Part shown: positions 39,015-48,854 of the stretch, in pieces
Position numbering within the stretch: the stretch's first letter is position 1
How the letters are laid out: each line of letters begins with the position of its first letter
NCBI GenBank assembly: GCA_046758965.1
Contig: JBHIBG010000002.1
Location: 1-64,000, forward strand
Direction of reading: 5' to 3'
Source: Candidatus Methylomirabilia bacterium
Lineage (GTDB): Bacteria; Methylomirabilota; Methylomirabilia; Rokubacteriales; CSP1-6
Length of the DNA: 64,000 nucleotides
Made by a program: the position numbers and the translations under genes
Notes under the pieces: generated by a model
What the model saw: only the letters and a program-made list of their open reading frames with translations
What the model was told of the DNA's origin: nothing
Database searches by the model: none

Positions 39015-40157
39015 ATGAACATTGCCATTCCAAAGGAGACCGCGCCGGGAGAGCGGCGTGTGGCGATCGTCCCCGACTCGGTCAGGCGCCTGCTCAAGCA
39101 CGGGTACGAGATTTCCATCGAGTCGGAGGCGGGGGCCGGAGCCCACGTTCCCGACTCCGCCTACCGGGATGCCGGAGCGAGCGTTGAGCCCGCCATTGAA
39201 TCGCTGCTCGGATCCGCGGACGTGGTGGTGAAGGTCCAGATGCCCTCGACCCGCGAACTCGACCTGCTGCGGGAGGGGAGTGCGCTGGTGAGCTTTCTCT
39301 CGCCGCTGGTCAATGTCGACCTGGTCCGCGCGCTGGCCGCGAAGAAGATCACAGCGATCGCTGTGGATAGCATTCCCCGAACTACGCTGGCCCAGACCTT
39401 CGACGCGCTGAGCTCCCAGGCGACGGTCGCCGGCTACGGCGCGGTTATCCTGGCCGCCCGCGCGCTCCCGAAGCTCTTCCCCATGCTCATGACCGCTGCG
39501 GGAACCATCGCGCCAGCAAGGGTCCTGGTCCTGGGCGCCGGGGTCGCCGGGCTGCAGGCTATAGCCACATCCCGGCGGCTCGGCGCGGCGGTGGAAGCCT
39601 TTGACGTGCGCAAGGCCGTCAAGGAGGAAGTGGAGAGCCTCGGCGCGAAGTTCATCGGGGTGGATGCGCTCGAGGACGCCACCGGGGAAGGCGGCTACGC
39701 CCGAGCGGTGTCAGAGGAGTTCAAGCGAAAGGAGCATGAGCTCATCCGCGCGCACGTTGCCAAGGCGGACATCTGCATCACCACCGCGCTCGTTCCCGGT
39801 ACCCGCGCGCCGATCTTGATTACGGAGGAGATGGTGCGCGACATGAGGCCGGGGTCCGTGATCGTTGACCTCGCCGGAGAGCAGGGCGGCAACTGTGAGC
39901 TCACACAACCTGGCCAGGAGATCGTCAGGCACGAGGTGACCATTCTGGCCCCGGTGAACCTCCCCAGCGCCCTGCCGGTCCACGCGAGCCAGATGTACTC
40001 CCGGAACATGGAGAACCTGCTCCTCTACCTGGGGCGCCAGGGCCGGCTTCAGATTGACCTCGGGGAGGAGATCGCCCGCGGGTGCGTGGTCACCCACGAG
40101 GGCCAGATCGTGCACCCCGCGCTCAGGGATCGCCTCACCCAGCAAGGAGGTCGGTAA
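39015..40157 (+). CDS. pntAA: NAD(P) transhydrogenase subunit alpha, part 1
   Basis: GERRVA, MTAAGT, GAGVAGLQA, GGYA, GGNCELT. Confidence 0.95.
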   Translation: MNIAIPKETAPGERRVAIVPDSVRRLLKHGYEISIESEAGAGAHVPDSAYRDAGASVEPAIESLLGSADVVVKVQMPSTRELDLLREGSALVSFLSPLVNVDLVRALAAKKITAIAVDSIPRTTLAQTFDALSSQATVAGYGAVILAARALPKLFPMLMTAAGTIAPARVLVLGAGVAGLQAIATSRRLGAAVEAFDVRKAVKEEVESLGAKFIGVDALEDATGEGGYARAVSEEFKRKEHELIRAHVAKADICITTALVPGTRAPILITEEMVRDMRPGSVIVDLAGEQGGNCELTQPGQEIVRHEVTILAPVNLPSALPVHASQMYSRNMENLLLYLGRQGRLQIDLGEEIARGCVVTHEGQIVHPALRDRLTQQGGR

Positions 40158-40441
40158 TGCCAGCCGAGCTTCTCTTCGGTCTCTACGTCTTCGTTCTGGC
40201 CGTGTTCGTCGGGTTCGAGCTCATCTCCAAGGTCCCGCCGATCCTCCACACGCCCCTCATGTCCGGGGCCAACGCCATCTCGGGCATCACGCTCGTGGGA
40301 GCGCTGGTGGCCGCGGGGTACGGTGGCTTCGAACTCACGGGCGTGCTCGGGTTCTTCGCGATCGTCTTTGCGATGATCAACGTGGTCGGCGGCTATCTGG
40401 TCACGGACCGGATGCTCCAGATGTTCAAGAAGAAGCGGTGA
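40157..40441 (+). CDS. pntAB: NAD(P) transhydrogenase subunit alpha, part 2
   Basis: LHTPLMSGANAISG, NVVGGYLVTDRML; ATG 40157 (TAATG coupling). Confidence 0.95.
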   Translation: MPAELLFGLYVFVLAVFVGFELISKVPPILHTPLMSGANAISGITLVGALVAAGYGGFELTGVLGFFAIVFAMINVVGGYLVTDRMLQMFKKKR

Positions 40442-40450
40442 CGGGGGATC

Positions 40451-41827
40451 ATGGCTGATCTCGGCCTGACCGAGCTGCTCTATCTCCTGGCTGCCGTCCT
40501 CTTCATGCTGGGGCTGAAGCGCCTCAGCGCCGTCAAGACCGCGCGCACCGGCAACCTCCTCTCCATGGTGGCCATGGTTCTCGCCGTGGGGGTGACCCTG
40601 CTCCGGGTCACACCCGTCAACTGGGGGATCATTCTGACGGCGGCAGCGCTCGGTACCGTCATCGGCGCGGTCTCGGCGATGAAGGTCCGGATGACCGCCA
40701 TGCCCCAGATGGTGGCGCTCTTTAACGGGTTCGGCGGCGGCGCCTCAGCGCTGGTGGCGGTGTCGGAGTTTTTTCGGGGCATCCCCAGCCTCCCCCTGGT
40801 CGCGCTCGTCGCCATTGTTCTCTCCGCGCTCGTCGGCGGGGTCACCCTCACCGGGAGCATCATCGCCTTCGGCAAGCTGCAGGAGATCATTCCCGGCAAA
40901 CCGATCCTCTTCACGGGGCGTCACGTCCTCAACCTGCTCCTGCTGCTCACCGCCGTCGGCCTCGGCCTCTCCCTGATCCTCGGCACCCAGGCCCCCGGGC
41001 CGTTCGTGCTCCTCGCCGCCATTGCCCTCACCCTGGGGGTCCTCCTCGTCATCCCCATCGGGGGCGCGGACATGCCGGTCGTGATCTCGCTCCTCAACTC
41101 GTACTCGGGGGTGGCGGTGGCCACCACCGGGTTTGTGCTCTCCAACAATCTCCTCATCATCGTCGGCTCGCTCGTGGGGGCCGCGGGGCTGATCCTGACC
41201 AGGCTCATGTGTGTCGCGATGAACCGATCGCTGGCCAACGTGCTCTTCGGCGGCTTCGGCGCCACGGCGGAAACGGCCGTGGTGGGAACGGCCAGGGGCG
41301 CGGTGAAGGCCGGGACCATCGAAGACGCCGTCACCGTCATGGAGAACGCAGGCTCAGCCATCGTCGTCCCGGGCTATGGGATGGCAGTCGCACAGGCCCA
41401 GCACGCCGTGCGGGACCTCGCCAACCTCCTGGAAGATCGCGGGGCGACCGTCAGGTACGCGATCCACCCCGTGGCGGGGCGCATGCCCGGCCACATGAAC
41501 GTGCTGCTGGCGGAGGCCAATGTCCCCTACGACCGGCTCTATGGCCTGGACGAGATCAACGACGACTTCGCGAAGACGGACGTGGCGCTCGTCGTCGGGG
41601 CCAACGACGTCGTGAACCCCGCGGCGAAGACCGACCCCAAGAGCCCCATCTACGGCATGCCCGTGCTCAACGTCGACGAGGCCCGCACGGTCATCGTGCT
41701 CAAGCGGAGCATGAACCCGGGCTTCGCCGGCATCGACAATGAGCTGTTCGTGCGCCCCAACACGATGATGGTGTTCGGAGACGCCAAGCAGACGCTGACC
41801 AAGATCGCGGCCACGCTCAAGGAGTAG
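40451..41827 (+). CDS. pntB: NAD(P) transhydrogenase subunit beta
   Basis: IGGADMPVVISLLNSYSG, HPVAGRMPGHMNVLLAEA, GANDVVNP. Confidence 0.97.
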   Translation: MADLGLTELLYLLAAVLFMLGLKRLSAVKTARTGNLLSMVAMVLAVGVTLLRVTPVNWGIILTAAALGTVIGAVSAMKVRMTAMPQMVALFNGFGGGASALVAVSEFFRGIPSLPLVALVAIVLSALVGGVTLTGSIIAFGKLQEIIPGKPILFTGRHVLNLLLLLTAVGLGLSLILGTQAPGPFVLLAAIALTLGVLLVIPIGGADMPVVISLLNSYSGVAVATTGFVLSNNLLIIVGSLVGAAGLILTRLMCVAMNRSLANVLFGGFGATAETAVVGTARGAVKAGTIEDAVTVMENAGSAIVVPGYGMAVAQAQHAVRDLANLLEDRGATVRYAIHPVAGRMPGHMNVLLAEANVPYDRLYGLDEINDDFAKTDVALVVGANDVVNPAAKTDPKSPIYGMPVLNVDEARTVIVLKRSMNPGFAGIDNELFVRPNTMMVFGDAKQTLTKIAATLKE

Positions 41828-41943
41828 GCCTGGGACCGGCCCGAAGAGCTCTCAGGCGGGCGGGGCTAGCCCTGGATCCCGGCGCAGCAGACCAGGATAT
41901 GGAGCTCCCCGAAGCGGCCGGCCGACCGAACTCCGGTCAGGAG

Positions 41944-44900
41944 TCACGCCTCCACCCGCTCCAACCAGAATCGCATGTCCATCTCGTTCAGCAGCCCACC
42001 CGCCGTGGTCAGATGTTCCTGAGCTTTCCGCCGGTTCCCTATCCGCCGATATAGCTGGCCGAGACCCAGGTGGCAGTGGGCCACGAGTGGACGCATGCCG
42101 AACTCCTCTGCGAGGGGAAGGGCCTCCCGGTAGCAGGTTTCGGCCTTCTCGACGTCCGGTGGATCGCCGTGCGACCTGATTTCGCCGAGGAGCCGGAGGG
42201 CATATGCCTCGTGCCCGCGCTCCTTGTGCTCGCGGGAGAGGGTAAGAGCCTGCGCCGCGAGCTGGCTCGCGCTATCCGGCCGGTCGACCAGGAGATGCGC
42301 TTGGCTGAGCCGGGCGATCCTAAGCGAATGGTCAGCCACCAATTTCGCGCAGAAAGCCTGCTCAGCAGCCTGCTCCAGAAGAGGCAGGGCCTCAGCGGCT
42401 CGTCCGGAAAGGGCGTACGCGCAGCCCAGTGGCGAGGCGACAAAGGGGAACAGGAGAGGGATATTCGCGACTTGGCCGAGGGCCAGGCCACGTTCGAGCA
42501 CGGAGATAGCTTTTTCGAGATCCCCTTTGAGGAGGTAAAGGCCACCGATCCCGAAACACGCAACGATCAGGCTGTACGGGTCATCCACTGCCTCGGCAAT
42601 CCGGATTGCCTCCTCTCCGCGTGCGATTCCCTCCGCGAGCTCTCCACGCTCGGCAAGGCACGAGGCCAACCAGGAACGGGAGAACACCGAGGGGAGGCCG
42701 GCCATGCCGAAGCGCTCATGGAGCAGCTCGCCGTCAAGGGCCGCCACGTTCCGCCTGAAACACTCCATCGCCCGGGGATAGTCGCCCAGGGAGTGGTAGG
42801 CCTGGCCCAGGCGGAAGCTCGCCACGACCTTTCCAGCGAAATCCCCGAAGTCGGCGGCGACGGCGAGGTCGCGCTGGCCCACCTTGAGGGCTTGGTCATA
42901 GTCGCCCGTCCACCAGAGGTATCCCGGACTTTCAGGGCCGCCCGTGGCGCTAAGGGCGTCCATGCCCGGTGGCGACGTGGTTCCAGGGTAACGCATGTAG
43001 GTGAGGGCCTTACCCCAGACCTCGCCCCGGAACGCATGATGGGCAAGCCAGTTGACCCGTTCGGTCACGCGGTCGGGATACAGGGTTTCGAAGGCCTCCA
43101 CGATCCGGGCATGGAGGGTACGCCGCCGCTCCTGCAGGAGACTTCCGTAGGCGACCTCATGCGTGAGAGCGTGCTTGAAGGTGTATTCAAGCTCGGGGAA
43201 GAGGGCCGTCTCGTAGAGGAACTCGGCGGTCTGGAGCCGGGTGAGGCCGAGCCGAAGCGCCTCCTCGGCCAGCCCCGCGATCGCCTGGAGCAGGGCCAAG
43301 GGCACATCCTTGCCGATGACTGCTGCGGACTGGAGGAGGCGCTTGTCCTCGGAAGGCAGCCGGTCGATCCGGGCCGCAAGGACTGCCTGGACCGTGGGCG
43401 GCACCTGAGTACTGTGAAGAGGCTTCCCCAGGCGATAGGCTCCCCGCTCGCCCAGCAGCACCTGGATGTCTACCAGGGTCCGGACGCTCTCCTCGAGAAA
43501 GAACGGATTCCCCTCGGTCCGGTCGATCAAAAGCTGCTTGAGCGGGTGAAGCCCGGTGTCGGCACCCAAGAGGGCCTGGAGAAGCTCCTCGCAGCTCTCC
43601 GGGGGGAGTGGATCAATTCGGAGCTGGGTGTAGTAGGTCTTGCTCCCCCAGCCGTGCTGGTACTCGGGGCGGTAGTTGACGAGGAGCAGGACGCGGGCGG
43701 TCGGGAGGCTCTCGATCAGGCTGTCGAGGAGGGCCTGGGTCTCGGGATCGATCCAGTGGAGGTCCTCGAAGACCAGGGAGAGGGGCTGGACCTGGCTCTC
43801 CCGGAACAGGAGGCGCTTGACGGCTTCCAGGGTCCGCTGGCGGCGTTGGGGGGGATCGAGGGCCTGCCACTGGGGGTCCTCGACGGGCACATCCAGGAGG
43901 GTGAAGAAGGCGGGCAGCACCGGCTCTAGCGCTTTATCGAGGGTTAACAGCTTTCCGGTGAGCTTCTCCCGGATCTTCCGCTGATCGTCGCGCTGCTCGA
44001 TCTGGAAGTAGGCCTTCAGGAGGTCGATGACCGGTAGGTAGGTGGTGGCTTTGCCGTAGGAGACTGAGCTGCTTTCCAGGATGAGCCACCCGTGGGTCCG
44101 ATGCGAATGGGTGAACTCCCAGAAGAGGCGGGACTTGCCCACGCCGGGCTCCCCGACGAGGGCCACGACTTGGCCGTGGCCAGCACGCGCCTTGTCAAGA
44201 GCCTGGCGAAGAGCCTCGAGCTCAATCTGCCGTCCCACGAAGCGGGTAAGTCCGCGGGCCGCAGCGGCCTCCAGGCGCCTCCGCACCGGCCCGGCCCCGA
44301 TGACCTCGTAGACTTCAATCGGGGCCTCCAGCCCTTTGACCGGGACCGGGCCGAGAGGTTTGACCTGGACGAACCCCTCGGCTAGCCGGAGGGTCTCGGC
44401 CGTCAGGCGGATGGTTCCGGGGGTCGCAAGCTGCTCCATCCGGGCAGCCAAGTGTGTGGTCTGGCCCACGGCGGTGTAGTCCATGTGGAGGTCATTGCCG
44501 ATGGACCGGACCACGACCTCTCCTGAGTTGAGGCCGACCCTGATCTGCACTTCGATCCCCTGGGCGCGACGGACATCCTCCGTGTAGTGGCGGATCGCTT
44601 CCTGCATCCTGAGCGCCGCGTAGCACGCCCGCACTGCGTGGTCTTCATGGGCCAGGGGCGCGCCGAAGAGCGCCATGATCCCGTCGCCCATCACTTGGTT
44701 GACGGTCCCCTCGTACCGGTGGACGGCCTCCATCATCCGCTCGAGGACCGGGTCCAGGAGCTTTCGAGCCTCCTCGGGGTCCCGGTCAGCAAGGAGCTCC
44801 ATCGAACCCTTCAGATCGGCGAGCAGGACCGTCACCTGCTTCCGCTCGCCCTCGAGGGCGTTCTTGGTGGTGAGGATCTTCTCGGCGAGATGTCTGGGGG

Positions 44901-45102
44901 TGTAGGTCTCGGGGGACGTGAACCTTGAGCCCGCAGTCGGAGCCTCTCCAGCGGTCAGCCGCTGGCCGCACTCATTACAGAAGCGGCTCCCGGGAACGTT
45001 GCGATACCCACACGCCGAACATGCGGCTTCGAGTCGCGTGCCACATGCGTTGCAGAACTTGGCCCCAGAAGGATTCTGCTGCTGGCACTGCGCGCAACGC
45101 AC
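41944..45102 (-). CDS. class III nucleotide cyclase with double zinc ribbon, AAA ATPase and TPR domains
   Basis: Four CxxC pairs, ADLKGS, GDGIMALFG, GEPGVGKS, FEDLHW, GNPFF, TPR helices. Confidence 0.93.
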   Translation of the reverse strand: MRCAQCQQQNPSGAKFCNACGTRLEAACSACGYRNVPGSRFCNECGQRLTAGEAPTAGSRFTSPETYTPRHLAEKILTTKNALEGERKQVTVLLADLKGSMELLADRDPEEARKLLDPVLERMMEAVHRYEGTVNQVMGDGIMALFGAPLAHEDHAVRACYAALRMQEAIRHYTEDVRRAQGIEVQIRVGLNSGEVVVRSIGNDLHMDYTAVGQTTHLAARMEQLATPGTIRLTAETLRLAEGFVQVKPLGPVPVKGLEAPIEVYEVIGAGPVRRRLEAAAARGLTRFVGRQIELEALRQALDKARAGHGQVVALVGEPGVGKSRLFWEFTHSHRTHGWLILESSSVSYGKATTYLPVIDLLKAYFQIEQRDDQRKIREKLTGKLLTLDKALEPVLPAFFTLLDVPVEDPQWQALDPPQRRQRTLEAVKRLLFRESQVQPLSLVFEDLHWIDPETQALLDSLIESLPTARVLLLVNYRPEYQHGWGSKTYYTQLRIDPLPPESCEELLQALLGADTGLHPLKQLLIDRTEGNPFFLEESVRTLVDIQVLLGERGAYRLGKPLHSTQVPPTVQAVLAARIDRLPSEDKRLLQSAAVIGKDVPLALLQAIAGLAEEALRLGLTRLQTAEFLYETALFPELEYTFKHALTHEVAYGSLLQERRRTLHARIVEAFETLYPDRVTERVNWLAHHAFRGEVWGKALTYMRYPGTTSPPGMDALSATGGPESPGYLWWTGDYDQALKVGQRDLAVAADFGDFAGKVVASFRLGQAYHSLGDYPRAMECFRRNVAALDGELLHERFGMAGLPSVFSRSWLASCLAERGELAEGIARGEEAIRIAEAVDDPYSLIVACFGIGGLYLLKGDLEKAISVLERGLALGQVANIPLLFPFVASPLGCAYALSGRAAEALPLLEQAAEQAFCAKLVADHSLRIARLSQAHLLVDRPDSASQLAAQALTLSREHKERGHEAYALRLLGEIRSHGDPPDVEKAETCYREALPLAEEFGMRPLVAHCHLGLGQLYRRIGNRRKAQEHLTTAGGLLNEMDMRFWLERVEA

Positions 45103-45174
45103 GCCGGTCCTCCCCTCAGAGCCCGAGGGTCACATTCTGCGACTTGATGGAAGGCCAGGCCGGTCGAGGGGTGC

Positions 45175-45426
45175 CTATGAACCCTCCTTGACCTCGATGA
45201 TCTCGTCCGCGACCAGACCGTGGGCTTCCCGGTGCACCGCCGCGGCGGCCTCTTTGCTGGGAGCTTCGACCAGACAGAAGACTTTGCCGGTGCCTTCGTC
45301 GTACCAATATCTCAGATAGTTGACCGCGTACTTCTGCTGAACTTGGAGGTCCTTCTGGTGGGCGCCGGCAACTGCTTCGCCGGTCAAACCCTCGACCTTG
45401 TTATGAACATCTAGATAGAGCGGCAT
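45175..45426 (-). CDS. DUF4242 (SCO4226-like) small protein
   Basis: MPLYLDVH, AHQKDL, KVFCLVEAP, VHREAHGL. Confidence 0.85.
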   Translation of the reverse strand: MPLYLDVHNKVEGLTGEAVAGAHQKDLQVQQKYAVNYLRYWYDEGTGKVFCLVEAPSKEAAAAVHREAHGLVADEIIEVKEGS

Positions 45427-45537
45427 ATCACCATCGCCTCCTTTCTTCGGAACTAGAACGCGTTCCAGCTCTCGCGGATTTTCCGTTGAAGTTCGCTCAC
45501 GCCGAATTAGCGACTCATCCTGTCAGCTCGCGCCCAG

Positions 45538-45566
45538 ACTCTACGTCCACCACAAAGGATTGTCAA
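45538..45566 (-). promoter_or_regulatory. sigma-70 promoter upstream of the DUF4242 and cyclase genes
   Basis: TTGACA-17 nt-TAGAGT. Confidence 0.7.
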
Positions 45567-45803
45567 GGGGCGCGGCTCGCTTCCTGCCGCTCACGCGACC
45601 TTCGGCATCACCTTCTCGCCAGGCCCATCGACCGCGAAGCGGGCTCCGCGTCTTCACCTCCTCGCTCCCGTGCCGGCCAATGATCTCGCACATGCATCTG
45701 CGGGTAGGTCATCGAATCTTGGGAAGAGTGGACGAGTTCATAGTACGGCGGTGAGGACGTGCTACGATGGACAGACTCCGAGCGTGCCAGTGGAGGCCGA
45801 GCC

Positions 45804-46685
45804 ATGGCGAAAGTGGTGGACTCATACCGCTACCTGAACCGTGCCTCCCGGGGAATCGTCGAGGCATGGATCGCCCGGGAGCAGCCTCGCGCGATCCCCT
45901 GGACCCCGCTTCGGAAGCCGCTCGCCGAGTCTCGAGTGGCCTTGGTCAGCACCGCCGGCATCGCGCTCAGGAACGATCAGCCGTTCGACCAGGAAGGAGA
46001 GCGGAAGAACCCCTGGTGGGGTGACCCGACCTTCCGGGTGATCCCGCGGACCGCCACCGAGCGGGACGTCCGCATCTTCCACCTCCACATCGAGACCGCC
46101 TACGCTCTGCAAGACCTGAACTGCATCTTCCCGCTCCAGCGGCTCCTCGAGCTGGAAGCGGCCGGGGAGGTCGGCCAGTCAGCGCCCTCCCACTACTCCT
46201 TCATGGGCTACATCCTCCAGCCCCGAGTTCTCGTCGAAGAGAGCGCGCCGGCCATGATCCGCCGCCTGCGCGCTGAAAGTGTGGAGGCGGTCGTCCTCGT
46301 CCCGGTCTGACCGATCTGCTGCCGGTCCGTGGGACTGGTCCAGCGGGAGATCGAGGCAGCCGGCATGGCCACCATCGCGCTTTCCACCATTCCGGAGTTC
46401 ACAGCCTCCGTCGGCGCGCCGCGAGTGGCCGCGATCGAGTATCCCTTCGGCCGGCCACTCGGCCAGCCCGGCGACCGGGAGGGACAGGTGGCCGTGCTCC
46501 GGGCCACGCTCGACGCGCTGGCCGAGGCCGCGACCCCTGGCACCGTGGTTCACCTCCCGTTCGAGTGGCCCGAGCCGCCGGAGCAGGTCCACTGGCACCC
46601 CAAAGAACCCTCCCCGATCCTGAAGCTTCTGAGCCAGCACCCCGCGCTGTACGGGAAGTTCCTGGCCGGCGAGATCCCGGAGTGA
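45804..46685 (+). CDS. selenoprotein of the GrdB/PrdB (glycine/proline reductase B) family, Sec at codon 169
   Basis: PWTPLRKPL, ALVSTAG, GDPTFR, DLNCIFP, HYSFMG, then LVPV-TGA-PICCRSVGLVQREIE continuing in frame; GGAGG SD before ATG 45804. Confidence 0.88.
46312..46353 (+). promoter_or_regulatory. bacterial SECIS-like hairpin
   Basis: CGATCT/AGATCG, GCTG/CAGC and CCGGTCC/GGACTGG stems with a GTG apical loop about 19 nt after the TGA. Confidence 0.75.
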
Positions 46686-46775
46686 CCCGGACGCGCGACC
46701 TCGACGACTGCGGCGGCCTCCCGTAAATCCCGGTCCTTTACTCCCCCTCACGCCTGGGTGTATCGTGAGACCACC

Positions 46776-48836
46776 ATGCGCTCGCGCTGGTCGGACAGCG
46801 AGGCCAGCGGCCTCTCCAGCCTCGATCTTCTCGTCTACGCCTCCCGCCTCATCGGAGCGGAGCCGTCCCTGGTGGTCTGGGGCGGCGGGAACACCTCCCT
46901 CAAGGTCACCGAGCCGGATCTCCGAGGCAGACCCGCCCGGGTTCTCAGGGTCAAAGGCAGCGGTTCCGATCTCAAGAGCATCACCACGCGGGATTTCCCC
47001 GGCGTCAGGATGGACGACATCCTGCACCTGCTCGGACGGGAGGAGATGGGCGATCAGGAGATGGTGGACTACCTGGCCCGCGCGCTCCAGGAGCCCGGCG
47101 GCCCGCGGCCCTCCATCGAGACGTTGCTCCACGGCTTCCTCCCCTTCGAGGCCGTGATCCACACCCACGCCGACGCCATCGTCTCGCTGACCAACACGGA
47201 TCGGTGCACCGAGCTGCTCCGGGAGGTCTACGGCTCTGAGGTGGTGGCGATCCCCTACCGCCGCCCGGGGTTCCTGCTCTCCAGGGACGTGGCTCGCGCC
47301 CTCGAGGCTCAGCCCGAGGCGAAAGCCGTCATCCTGGAAAAGCACGGCACGATCAATTGGGGGCAGACCCCCAAGGAAGCCTACCTCGCCACCCTCGACC
47401 TGATCACGCGCGCCGAGGAGGCGATCGCGGCGCGGAGCCGCGGGCGGCTCCGGTTCGGCGGTCAGCGGCTCGGCGCGCTCCCCGCCGAGCTCCGGCGCTC
47501 GAGCGCTGTCGCGGTGGCTCCGTTCCTCAGGGGGGTCGTGAGCCACGACCGTCGAGCCATCCTCCACTTCGATGATTCCCCGGAGGTCCTCGACTTCGTC
47601 GGATCGGCCGAGGTCGGCGCGCTCTCGCAAGCGGGTCCGGCTACCCCCGACCACACGATCTACACAAAGCGCTTCGCCTGCTTCGTCCCCGCGGACCAGC
47701 CAGGCGACCCGGACCGCCTCGAGGCGGCCATCCGAGGCGCGGTGGAGCGCTTCGTCAGCGACTACCAGGGCTACTTCAAAGCCCATTGCTTCGAGGGCGC
47801 CAGGCTCCTCGACCCCTCCCCCCGGGTCATCCTGATCCCGGGTCTCGGGATGTTCACCACCGGGAAGGATAAGCGGACGGCGCTGATCGTGGACGATATC
47901 TACCGCCACACGATTGCCGTGCTCGGGAGCGCCTCCGTCGTGGGCCGGTATGTCTCCCTCACGCCCAAGGATGCCTTCGATGTGGAATACTGGCCGCTGG
48001 AGCTCTACAAGCTCTCCCTGGCGCCGCCGGAAAAGGAGCTGGCTCGGCGCGTGGCGTTCGTCACCGGCGGGGCCAGCGGGATTGGTCGGGCGGTGGCGCT
48101 TCGTCTGGCCAGGGAGGGCGCCCAGGTCGTTATCGGAGACCTGGACGGGGCCGGAGCGTGGAAGGTGGCAGACGAGATCATCCAGACCCTGGGGGCCGGC
48201 CGTGCCCTGGGGCTCGAGCTGGATGTGACCCTCGAAAGCTCGGTTCGCCGGGCCGTAGAGGAGACCGTGCTCAGCTACGGCGGCTTCGACATCGTGGTCT
48301 CCAACGCCGGCCTCGCTCACGCCGCTCCTCTGGATCGGATGGCGCTGGCTGACTGGGAGCGGAGCTTCGCGGTGAACGCCACAGGGCACTTCCTCGTGGC
48401 GCGGGAGGCCCTGCGCGTCCTGAAACGCCAGGGGCTCGGCGGCGCCTTCGTGTTCGTGGCGACCAAGAACGTCATGTCGCCGGGCAAGGACTTCGGCGCC
48501 TACTCAGCGTCCAAGGCCGCGGAGTCCCAGCTCGCGAAGCTGGTGGCGCTGGAGGGCGGCCCGCACGGGATCCGATCCAACATCGTGAGCCCTGATGCGG
48601 TCTTCAGGGACTCCAAGCTCTGGTCCGAGGAGGTCCGGCGTGAGCGGGCCCAGGCTCAGGGTATCGCCGTCGACGAACTCGAGGAGTTCTACGCGAAGCG
48701 TAACATCCTAACCGTCTCGATCTTTCCCGAGGATGTGGCTGAAGCGGTGTGCTTTCTTGTCTCGGACCGGTCAGCCAAGACAACCGGGTGTACGATCACG
48801 GTTGACGGCGGCCTCAAGGACGCGTTTCCCAGGTAG
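46776..48836 (+). CDS. bifunctional class II aldolase / short-chain dehydrogenase (rhamnulose-1-phosphate aldolase/dehydrogenase-like)
   Basis: GGGNTS, VKGSGSDL, PSIETLLH, HTHAD, TPDH, EYWPLE, TGGASGIG, YSASK. Confidence 0.9.
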   Translation: MRSRWSDSEASGLSSLDLLVYASRLIGAEPSLVVWGGGNTSLKVTEPDLRGRPARVLRVKGSGSDLKSITTRDFPGVRMDDILHLLGREEMGDQEMVDYLARALQEPGGPRPSIETLLHGFLPFEAVIHTHADAIVSLTNTDRCTELLREVYGSEVVAIPYRRPGFLLSRDVARALEAQPEAKAVILEKHGTINWGQTPKEAYLATLDLITRAEEAIAARSRGRLRFGGQRLGALPAELRRSSAVAVAPFLRGVVSHDRRAILHFDDSPEVLDFVGSAEVGALSQAGPATPDHTIYTKRFACFVPADQPGDPDRLEAAIRGAVERFVSDYQGYFKAHCFEGARLLDPSPRVILIPGLGMFTTGKDKRTALIVDDIYRHTIAVLGSASVVGRYVSLTPKDAFDVEYWPLELYKLSLAPPEKELARRVAFVTGGASGIGRAVALRLAREGAQVVIGDLDGAGAWKVADEIIQTLGAGRALGLELDVTLESSVRRAVEETVLSYGGFDIVVSNAGLAHAAPLDRMALADWERSFAVNATGHFLVAREALRVLKRQGLGGAFVFVATKNVMSPGKDFGAYSASKAAESQLAKLVALEGGPHGIRSNIVSPDAVFRDSKLWSEEVRRERAQAQGIAVDELEEFYAKRNILTVSIFPEDVAEAVCFLVSDRSAKTTGCTITVDGGLKDAFPR

Positions 48837-48854
48837 TGATTCGGAGGGGATCCC

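Noticed and set aside
8770..45102. Phosphodiesterase and cyclase as a linked cyclic-nucleotide defence system
   Set aside because: They are more than 30 kb apart in unrelated contexts with no effector gene; both fit ordinary signalling families.
45427..45537. Riboswitch or leader peptide in the long leader of the DUF4242 gene
   Set aside because: No recognisable aptamer consensus, and the short upstream frames have no supporting features.
46179..48389. Long antisense ORFs (this 736 aa one, also 42070-43929, 7389-8735, 23085-24416, 62380-63774)
   Set aside because: They shadow well-supported genes on the opposite strand, have no motifs, and are expected in high-GC DNA.
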